A stretch of DNA of 62,859 nt from a virus (Duplodnaviria; Caudoviricetes), in the IMG/VR virus record IMGVR_UViG_3300012665_000949, positions 1 to 62,859 of that record. One strand, 5' to 3'. Shown here piece after piece: positions 17,574 to 24,861 of the stretch. A model generated the notes under the pieces. That model saw nothing but the letters and a program-made list of their open reading frames with translations. It ran no database searches and was not told the origin of the DNA. Numbering within the stretch: the first letter of the stretch is position 1; the number at the start of each line of letters is the position of its first letter. Both the position numbers and the translations under genes were made by a program.

Positions 17574-17845
17574 CACAAGACTCGTGGGATAGCGCGATAG
17601 AGGACTTACGCAACAGTGATGAGGGGTTGCGCGATCACTTCGGGCGCTTGATCCTGATGCTGGCCAAGTGCTACAACGAGAACTCGCCCCACAAAGCCGT
17701 CATCATTGTCGATACTGGAGAGGCGATGCTGACGTTCTGCGCCGGTGCTGACGAGATGGAGTGGGCCGAGATGGTCGGCCACGCAAATGATATGGCGCAG
17801 GCAATGCTGCTGCGCGATGCCCCACCCAAGGAGATGTTTAATTGA
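17561..17845 (+). CDS. Hypothetical protein
   Basis: 94-aa ORF coupled between VRR-NUC and the polymerase. Confidence 0.65.
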   Translation: MDKLTQDSWDSAIEDLRNSDEGLRDHFGRLILMLAKCYNENSPHKAVIIVDTGEAMLTFCAGADEMEWAEMVGHANDMAQAMLLRDAPPKEMFN

Positions 17846-19827
17846 GCACACCATACGACAACATCATCGTGCTGGACTTCGAGACTTCGTGGGGACGCGG
17901 CGTTAAGCTGGGCTTCTCGTGTCAGACCAACGAGGAGTACGTACGCGACCCACGCTTCAAAGCATGGGGGCTATCTTGGAAGCCGCTGGGCAGCGCTGAA
18001 CCCGCAGTATGGGTGACGCGCAAAGACCTGCCCAAGTTCTTCGCGTCGATCGACTGGAGCCGCACTGCGGTGGTTGCACAGAACGCACTGTTCGATGTGT
18101 CCATCATGTGCTGGCGCTACAACGCCAAGCCTGCGTTCATCTTCGACACGCTGTCCATGGGCCGTGCGCTGCGCGGTGTGGAGGTGGGCAACAGCCTGAA
18201 GAAACTTGCGGAGATGTTTAACCTACCGCCCAAGGGCGATGGCCTGTCGCCGTCCGAGAACATTCTGGACGAGCTGCCTGCCGATGTGGAGGCCACCCTT
18301 GCGGACTACTGCTGCCACGACACGTGGCTGTGTGAGCAGATATTCTTGCGCTTGATCGAGGGGTATCCGGCCAAAGAACTGCGCCTGATCGACATGACCC
18401 TGCGCATGTACACAAACGCTTGCCTTGAGCTGGACCGCGAGATGCTGGTCAAGGCGCTATCAGAAGAAGGAGAAAAACGTGAAGGTCTTTTACAAAAGCT
18501 CGGCGTGGAAGAGACTGCGCTCGCGTCGAACCCAAAGTTTGCTGAGGTACTCGAACTCATGGGCGTCAATCCCCCTACGAAAGTCAGTAAGACCACTGGG
18601 AAGGAGGCGTTTGCTTTTGCAAAAAATGACGCGCTATTTCAAGCGCTGCTCAACGGTGAACGTGAAGACGTTGCCCTTCTTTGCGAAGCGCGTCTACGGG
18701 TTAAGTCTACGACCGAGCGAACTCGTGCGCAGCGGTTCCTTGACATCTCGGGCAGGGGGCCGCTCCCGGTTCCGCTTAGCTATTACGGCGCGGCTACGGG
18801 TCGTTGGACTGCTGCCAAGGGCAGCGCCATCAACATGCAAAACCTCAAGCGAGGTTCGTTCCTACGCAAAGCAATCATGGCACCGGTGGGGCACCAGCTT
18901 GTCGTTGGGGACCTTTCACAAATTGAACCGAGAGTACTGGCGTGGTTTTCGGATTACGAAGATATGCTCGACATCTTCCGTTCTGGCAGTGACGCTTATG
19001 CCGCTTTCGGCGCTCAGATGTTCGGTATACCCGGCCTTTCAAAAGACAGTCACCCAGACCTTAGACAGTCTGCAAAGTCGGCGCTCCTTGGCGCGGGGTA
19101 CGGCCTTGGGTGGGCTTCTTTCGCTGCCCAGCTTCTCGTTGGATTCCTTGGCGCTCCGCCCGTACGCTACGATAAATCGTTTGCAAAGAAGCTCGGTGTG
19201 GACGCCGCCTACATCGACCGTTTCGTTGGGTGGGACGAGAATGTTATGAAGCTCCGGGAGATTCCCCACACCTGCACGGAGCGTGAGTTGCTGATCCACT
19301 GCGTTGCGGCCAAGAAGATCATCGACATCTACCGCAGCACTGCGCACCCCGTTGTGAGCTTCTGGGATATGTGCAGCAAGCTGATGGAGAAGTCGCTTTA
19401 CGGCGGCGAGGAGGTGGTGTATAAATGCGTCACGTTCAGAAAAGAAGAGATCGTCTTGCCCTCGGGCATGACCCTCAAGTATCCGAACTTACGTAACGAA
19501 GTCGATAAAGAAACAAAGCAACGCAATTGGGTGTACGGGGAAGCTGGCGTCAAGCCAACCAAGCTGTACGCTGGGAAGATAACGAACAACATCGTGCAGG
19601 GAACTGCGCGTGTGGTGATGACGGACGGCATGCTACGGGTGGACAAGAAGTACCCCGTGGTAGGCACAGTGCATGATGAATTGCTCTGTGTCGTGCCTGA
19701 CGCTGAGGTCGAGGATGCCAAGGGGTGGGTGCTGGAGCAGATGATTGCTCAGCCCAAGTACATGCCCGGCATACCGCTGAACTCAGAGGTCGGTGCACAC
19801 CGCCGTTATGGTTTGGCAAAAGGTTAA
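17842..19827 (+). CDS. polA: Family A DNA polymerase with 3'-5' exonuclease
   Basis: Exo DFET, NALFD, YC..D; motif A DLSQIEPR; motif B RQSAKSALLGAGYG; motif C VHDE. Confidence 0.93.
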   Translation: MSTPYDNIIVLDFETSWGRGVKLGFSCQTNEEYVRDPRFKAWGLSWKPLGSAEPAVWVTRKDLPKFFASIDWSRTAVVAQNALFDVSIMCWRYNAKPAFIFDTLSMGRALRGVEVGNSLKKLAEMFNLPPKGDGLSPSENILDELPADVEATLADYCCHDTWLCEQIFLRLIEGYPAKELRLIDMTLRMYTNACLELDREMLVKALSEEGEKREGLLQKLGVEETALASNPKFAEVLELMGVNPPTKVSKTTGKEAFAFAKNDALFQALLNGEREDVALLCEARLRVKSTTERTRAQRFLDISGRGPLPVPLSYYGAATGRWTAAKGSAINMQNLKRGSFLRKAIMAPVGHQLVVGDLSQIEPRVLAWFSDYEDMLDIFRSGSDAYAAFGAQMFGIPGLSKDSHPDLRQSAKSALLGAGYGLGWASFAAQLLVGFLGAPPVRYDKSFAKKLGVDAAYIDRFVGWDENVMKLREIPHTCTERELLIHCVAAKKIIDIYRSTAHPVVSFWDMCSKLMEKSLYGGEEVVYKCVTFRKEEIVLPSGMTLKYPNLRNEVDKETKQRNWVYGEAGVKPTKLYAGKITNNIVQGTARVVMTDGMLRVDKKYPVVGTVHDELLCVVPDAEVEDAKGWVLEQMIAQPKYMPGIPLNSEVGAHRRYGLAKG

Positions 19828-19842
19828 CCAAGGAGAAAGCAA

Positions 19843-20151
19843 ATGAAGCAACTGACACTACCCAAGAAAGTCAAAGTGGGCAACAACTGGTACAGCGTTG
19901 ACATCGCAGACACGATGCGTGAGCGGCTGTACATGGGCGAGGTGCACTACGCAAAGCGCACCATCACACTGGCGCGTAAGTCGTACCACGGCGTACCGCT
20001 CAAGCTGTCGGCTCTACAAGAGACGTTCTGGCACGAGCTGACGCACGCCATCCTTGAGAGCATGGACCGCACTGACCTGAACAACGACGAGCACTTCGTC
20101 GAGGAGTTCAGCAGCCGTCTAGCCAAAGCAATTCAATCAGCGAGGTTTTAA
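19843..20151 (+). CDS. Small HExxH metallopeptidase-like protein
   Basis: TFWHELTHAIL...E..VE. Confidence 0.65.
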   Translation: MKQLTLPKKVKVGNNWYSVDIADTMRERLYMGEVHYAKRTITLARKSYHGVPLKLSALQETFWHELTHAILESMDRTDLNNDEHFVEEFSSRLAKAIQSARF

Positions 20152-20816
20152 TGACAGTTAAATGGTCACACTCGGCCCTCAAAGATTATGAGGGCTGTCC
20201 CCGGCGCTACCACGAAGTGAAGGTGCTCAAGAACTTCCCCTTCACGGACACGCAGGCAACGCTGTACGGCAAGGAGCTGCACTCAGCAGCGGAGCACTAC
20301 ATCAAGGACGACACGCCGCTGCCACCACAGTTCGAGTTCGTCAAGGACATGCTCGATGCGCTCAAGGCCAAGCCCGGTCGCAAGCTGTGTGAGCACGAGA
20401 TGGGCGTCACGTCCGATCTGCGCCCTTGCGGATTCATGGACAAAGATGTATGGGTGCGCGGCATTGCCGACTTGCTCATCATCGACGACGAGAACTTGAC
20501 AGCTCGCGTGGTGGACTATAAAACGGGCAACAACAAGTACCCAGATCGGGAGCAGCTTCGGCTGATGGCGTTGATGGTGTTCGTGCACTTCCCGCACATC
20601 CGCAAAGTCAGCGGCGGTCTGCTGTTCGTGGTCAAGAACGATCTGGTCAAGGCCAGCTTCTTGCGCGGCGAAGCCGAGGAGTACTGGTGGGATTACCGGA
20701 CACGCGTCGCCCGCATTGAAAAGGCGCATGAGACCGGGGTATGGAACCCCAAGCCCACACCGCTGTGCGGTTGGTGCGTTGTTAAAACCTGTGAGCACAA
20801 CAGAAAGAGAGATTGA
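20151..20816 (+). CDS. PD-(D/E)XK exonuclease (Cas4/RecB-like)
   Basis: SHSAL..Y..CP, G..LH, GIADL, VDYKTG, QL, C-terminal C.WC...C. Confidence 0.85.
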   Translation: MTVKWSHSALKDYEGCPRRYHEVKVLKNFPFTDTQATLYGKELHSAAEHYIKDDTPLPPQFEFVKDMLDALKAKPGRKLCEHEMGVTSDLRPCGFMDKDVWVRGIADLLIIDDENLTARVVDYKTGNNKYPDREQLRLMALMVFVHFPHIRKVSGGLLFVVKNDLVKASFLRGEAEEYWWDYRTRVARIEKAHETGVWNPKPTPLCGWCVVKTCEHNRKRD

Positions 20817-20817
20817 T

Positions 20818-21051
20818 ATGGCAACCCGAGACTACAAGAAGGAATACAAACGCGATCTGGAAACCGGCAAGTCCGGCCCTGAATCAGACCAGCATGAGCG
20901 CCAACGTGCGCGGCGTGCATACGACAAGAAAGGTGTTGACCGTGCAGGCAAAGACATTGACCACATCAAGCCGCTGCGTGCAGGCGGCAAGTCCACACCG
21001 GGCAACCTGAGACTGCGTGCCAAGAAAGCCAATCAAGGCGACAACAAATAA
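20818..21051 (+). CDS. HNH endonuclease
   Basis: DIDHIKPLRAGG....NLRL....N. Confidence 0.8.
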   Translation: MATRDYKKEYKRDLETGKSGPESDQHERQRARRAYDKKGVDRAGKDIDHIKPLRAGGKSTPGNLRLRAKKANQGDNK

Positions 21052-21066
21052 CTACCGGAGAAAGCA

Positions 21067-22626
21067 GTGGACATCATCGACAACAAAGCCGTTGTTTTCA
21101 GAACGCGCAACCCCGACAAGTACCGCATCATCCCCAAGCACCAAGTCATTGAACGTGATGACGGCAGCTTCGATGTTGCTGTGTACTGGGGCTTAGACGA
21201 GGCGCGTGTCCTGAAGAATCTAGGCGTGAAAGATATTCAGTCGCCCATCACAAGGCGATACGACTGGCCCGGCCGTTACAAGCCGATGGCACACCAAGTG
21301 GACACCGCATCGTTTCTCACCATGCACAAGCGTGCGTTTTGTTTCAACGATCCCGGCACGGGCAAGACGCTTGCATCACTGTGGGCTGCTGACTACTTGA
21401 TGAAGCTGGGGTTTGTGCGGCGTGTGTTGATTCTGTGCCCACTGTCGATCATGCACTCAGCGTGGCTCAGTGACCTGAACAACAGCATCATCCACCGCTC
21501 AGCTATCGTGGCGCATCACAGCAAGGCATCTCGCCGCATCGAGATGATTCAGCAGGACTACGAGTTCGTGATCTGCAACTACGACGGCTTGAACCTGATT
21601 GCTAATGAGATCGTCAATGATGGGCGCTTTGATCTGGTAATTGTCGATGAGGCCAACGCTTACAAGACGGTGACCACCAAGCGGTGGAAGACGCTCAAGT
21701 CCATCATCACGCCGAAGACGCACTTGTGGATGATGACGGGCACACCTGCATCGCAGTCACCTGCTGATGCGTACGGGCTGGCCAAATTGGTCAACCCAGA
21801 CAACGTGCCGATGTTCTTCACAGGATGGCGTGACTCGGTGATGAACAAGATCACGCTGTACAAGTGGGCCCCCAAGCCCGATGCACGCGACCGTGTGTTC
21901 AACGCACTGCAGCCAGCGATCCGCTACTCCAAAGACCAGTGCCTTGACCTGCCGCCAGTGATGACGCTGACCCGTGAGGTTCCGCTGACGCCGCAGCAGG
22001 CCAAGTACTACAACCTGCTCAAAGACCAGATGCTGGTGCAGGCGGCTGGAGAGGTCATCACTGCGGTCAATGCCGCTGCTATGCTGAGCAAGCTGCTGCA
22101 AGTCAGTTGCGGCGCTGCGCTCACGGACACCAAGGAGGTGGTGGAGTTCGACGCTGGCCCCCGGCTCGGCGTGCTGGAGGAGGTGCTCGAAGAGACGCAG
22201 CGCAAGGTCATCATCTTCGCGTTGTTCCGCGCCAGCATCGAGACCATCCAGAAGCACCTGACAGCCAAGGGCATCACCAACGAGTGCATCCACGGCGGCG
22301 TGTCAGCAAACAAGCGCGGTGACATCATCCACCGCTTCCAGACCGACCCCGAACCAAGGGTGCTGGTCATGCAGCCACAGGCCACAGCGCACGGCATCAC
22401 GCTGACTGCTGCGGACACGGTGGTGTTCTACGGCCCGTTGATGAGCGTGGAGCAGTACATCCAGTGCATTGCCCGTGCCGACCGCAAGGGGCAGAACTCC
22501 GACAAGGTGACAGTCATCCACATCCAGAGCTCCCCGGTGGAGGCCAAGATGTTCAAAGCCCTCGGAGCGAAAGTGAGCGATAGCTCACTTCTGACTGAGA
22601 TGTTCACACTCGAAATAAATTCTTGA
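21067..22626 (+). CDS. SNF2-like superfamily 2 helicase
   Basis: DPGTGKT, VDEA, MTGTP, GITLT and QCIARADRKGQ motifs. Confidence 0.88.
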   Translation: MDIIDNKAVVFRTRNPDKYRIIPKHQVIERDDGSFDVAVYWGLDEARVLKNLGVKDIQSPITRRYDWPGRYKPMAHQVDTASFLTMHKRAFCFNDPGTGKTLASLWAADYLMKLGFVRRVLILCPLSIMHSAWLSDLNNSIIHRSAIVAHHSKASRRIEMIQQDYEFVICNYDGLNLIANEIVNDGRFDLVIVDEANAYKTVTTKRWKTLKSIITPKTHLWMMTGTPASQSPADAYGLAKLVNPDNVPMFFTGWRDSVMNKITLYKWAPKPDARDRVFNALQPAIRYSKDQCLDLPPVMTLTREVPLTPQQAKYYNLLKDQMLVQAAGEVITAVNAAAMLSKLLQVSCGAALTDTKEVVEFDAGPRLGVLEEVLEETQRKVIIFALFRASIETIQKHLTAKGITNECIHGGVSANKRGDIIHRFQTDPEPRVLVMQPQATAHGITLTAADTVVFYGPLMSVEQYIQCIARADRKGQNSDKVTVIHIQSSPVEAKMFKALGAKVSDSSLLTEMFTLEINS

Positions 22627-22633
22627 AAGGGGG

Positions 22634-22676
22634 TTGCGCTGCCAAAAAAGCCATGTAAACTGTCCAACGCTTGACA
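22634..22676 (+). promoter_or_regulatory. Putative promoter followed by operator family B
   Basis: TTGCGC-N16-TAAACT(22656-61); TGTCCAACGCTTGACA at 22661-22676. Confidence 0.5.
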
Positions 22677-22694
22677 AAAATATAGGAGAAAGCA

Positions 22695-23111
22695 ATGACC
22701 GAAGACATCGAAGAAGCACCGGAAGTCGAAGCAATTCCGCTCGACAAGCTGGTCGCTATCCACACCAAGATCAAGGCCAAGATGGAAGGTCTTGATCGCC
22801 AGCTCGCTGAGCTGGACGAGCAGCGCACGCAAGTGCGCCTCGCCATTAAAGACCAGATGAAGGCCCTCGGCCTGACATCGGTCCAGACCTCCACGGGAAC
22901 CGTGTCGTTGATGAAGAAGACGCGCTACAACACACAGGACTGGGACTCGTTCAAAGCATTCGTGCTTGAGCATCAAGTCGTAGACCTGTTGGAAAAGCGC
23001 ATCGCCCAAACCAACATGGCACAGTTTCTGGAAGAGAACCCCGGTGTTCTGCCGCCGGGGCTGAACTCAGTCACTGAGTTCGACATTCGTGTAACCAAAG
23101 CAAGAAAGTAA
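22695..23111 (+). CDS. Replication-module hypothetical protein (N-terminal coiled coil)
   Basis: AGGAG RBS, 138 aa; DWDSF..F...LLEKRI...PPG. Confidence 0.75.
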   Translation: MTEDIEEAPEVEAIPLDKLVAIHTKIKAKMEGLDRQLAELDEQRTQVRLAIKDQMKALGLTSVQTSTGTVSLMKKTRYNTQDWDSFKAFVLEHQVVDLLEKRIAQTNMAQFLEENPGVLPPGLNSVTEFDIRVTKARK

Positions 23112-23118
23112 CGCAATC

Positions 23119-24099
23119 ATGAGCAACATTACGCTTTTCAGTTCGTCCAACGTCCCCGCATTTGCTCGTAACAACGAGTTGTCTGACACAGCCAAGGCCC
23201 TGACGGGCGGCGGTGCTGGTGTATCCACCAAGCGCATCTCCATCAAAGGCGGCGTGTTCCGTCTGGTGGCAGGTGGCAAGGAAGTCGCCGCCATCGAAGA
23301 CCGTCACCTTGATGTCATCATCGTCCGTGCTGCCCCCAAGGTTAGCCGCATCTTCTACGCAGGCGCATACAACGCCGAAGCGATTGTGCGCCCTGACTGC
23401 TGGAGCAATGACGGCGAGAAGCCTGACGCAAGCATCACTGCTCCCCAGAGCAAGACTTGCATGGGTTGCCCACAGAACGAAGCCGGTTCCGGCAACGGCA
23501 ACAGCCGTGCCTGCCGCTTCCAACAGCGCCTTGCTGTTGTGCTGGCCAACAACCCTGAAGGTGATGTGCTGCAACTGACACTCCCAGCTACCAGCATCTT
23601 TGGTAAGGAAGATGGCGACAAGCGTCCCCTGCAAGCCTACGCCCGCTTCTTGGCAGCGCAGACACCTCCGGTTAACCCCGAGCAGATCGTCACGCGCATG
23701 AAGTTCGACACCAAGGCCGAGTCTCCCAAGCTGTTCTTCGCGCCTACGCGCTGGCTGACAGACGACGAGTACCCGATCGCTGTGACGCAAGGCGACTCCG
23801 ACGATGCCAAGAAGGCTGTGACCCTGACCGTGGCGCAAGCTGACGGTGTGAAGGCTGCGCCCATGAACATCGGCGGCGCTGCCCCCAAGCCTGTAACTAG
23901 GCCCATGGGTGAGCTGATGGACGAGGAAGAAGCCGCTGCCGTAGCGCAAGTCAAAGCCGCCAAGCCCAAGGCCAAAGCTGCGCCCGTTGCCGAAGCGGAC
24001 GACGAACCTGAAGTGCGCAAGGAGACCGCCAAGGGCGGTGCCGTGCCTGCCAAGAAGTCCAAGCTGGCTGACATCGTGTCCGATTGGGACGACGAGTAA
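23119..24099 (+). CDS. Probable ssDNA-binding protein
   Basis: RISIKGGVF N-terminus, Cys cluster, Ala/Lys linker, acidic-aromatic C-terminus SDWDDE; lies in the replication module. Confidence 0.6.
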   Translation: MSNITLFSSSNVPAFARNNELSDTAKALTGGGAGVSTKRISIKGGVFRLVAGGKEVAAIEDRHLDVIIVRAAPKVSRIFYAGAYNAEAIVRPDCWSNDGEKPDASITAPQSKTCMGCPQNEAGSGNGNSRACRFQQRLAVVLANNPEGDVLQLTLPATSIFGKEDGDKRPLQAYARFLAAQTPPVNPEQIVTRMKFDTKAESPKLFFAPTRWLTDDEYPIAVTQGDSDDAKKAVTLTVAQADGVKAAPMNIGGAAPKPVTRPMGELMDEEEAAAVAQVKAAKPKAKAAPVAEADDEPEVRKETAKGGAVPAKKSKLADIVSDWDDE

Positions 24100-24106
24100 T
24101 TGAATC

Positions 24107-24179
24107 GGGGCGGCACTGGGAAGCAGCTAGACGCTGTGGGACGCGTTCCCACTTTAAGTGCCCTTTAAGTCGCCCCACC
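24107..24179 (+). other. tRNA-sized multi-stem intergenic structure
   Basis: GGGGCGG/TCGCCCC closing stem followed by ACC; internal GTGGGA/TCCCAC hairpin; no TTC loop. Confidence 0.35.
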
Positions 24180-24202
24180 TTTTTAAACACAGGAGAAATC
24201 AA

Positions 24203-24433
24203 ATGAGCGAAACAAGCAGAGCCACAACATACGAGCAAGCCACCTACCGGAAAGACGGAGTAACTTTTGTTCCGCACTTCCGCAACAACAGTGTTTTTGT
24301 TGGCCCCGGCTACCCACGGCACAACCAGAAACGCTACACAGAGGCGGAGTTGGTGGAAGCAGGCGCAGTAAAGCAGCCGCGCTTCTTGTGGTCACGAGGC
24401 ACCGCAGGCGTTGTCAACAACGCAAACCCATAA
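24203..24433 (+). CDS. Hypothetical protein
   Basis: AGGAG RBS, MSETSRA... Confidence 0.7.
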   Translation: MSETSRATTYEQATYRKDGVTFVPHFRNNSVFVGPGYPRHNQKRYTEAELVEAGAVKQPRFLWSRGTAGVVNNANP

Positions 24434-24441
24434 CAACAACC

Positions 24442-24720
24442 ATGGCCTACTCACAAAAAATTATTGATGATGTGATGAAGACGCCCAAGTCTCTGGGAAA
24501 CCAGCTTGGGCGTTGGGCCATCCATTTGGATTTCCCCGTCACCAAAATCGCCTACGCTCTTGGCGTCACACGACAGACCGTCTACAACTGGTTCAACGGA
24601 TCAGAGGTCTTTGTTGCGTACCGCCACCGCGTGGAAACCCTCTTAACAATTATGCAGTCCTCGCAGCACGCTGACGAGGCTTGGAGAAGAATATGTCACG
24701 AGTACAACCTCAAGCCCTGA
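24442..24720 (+). CDS. Cro/CI-like HTH regulator
   Basis: VTKIAYALGVTRQTVYNWFNG. Confidence 0.8.
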   Translation: MAYSQKIIDDVMKTPKSLGNQLGRWAIHLDFPVTKIAYALGVTRQTVYNWFNGSEVFVAYRHRVETLLTIMQSSQHADEAWRRICHEYNLKP

Positions 24721-24842
24721 GCAACGAAGAGCTGTTGCGCCACATCTACATGGCCAACTACAACGTGTCCGTTGACTTCGTGAAGGAGCTGTACGAGCGC
24801 TACGCTGCGCTGCTGGACACCGCGTCAGACGACCTCAAGTAA
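24693..24842 (+). CDS. Small hypothetical protein (49 aa)
   Basis: GGAG RBS; MSRVQPQALSNEELLR... Confidence 0.55.
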   Translation: MSRVQPQALSNEELLRHIYMANYNVSVDFVKELYERYAALLDTASDDLK

Positions 24843-24861
24843 CCCATTCCCAAGGACCTCC

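Noticed and set aside
24107-24179. Canonical tRNA
   Set aside because: No TTC T-loop, no 7-nt anticodon loop and no CCA; kept only as a structured element
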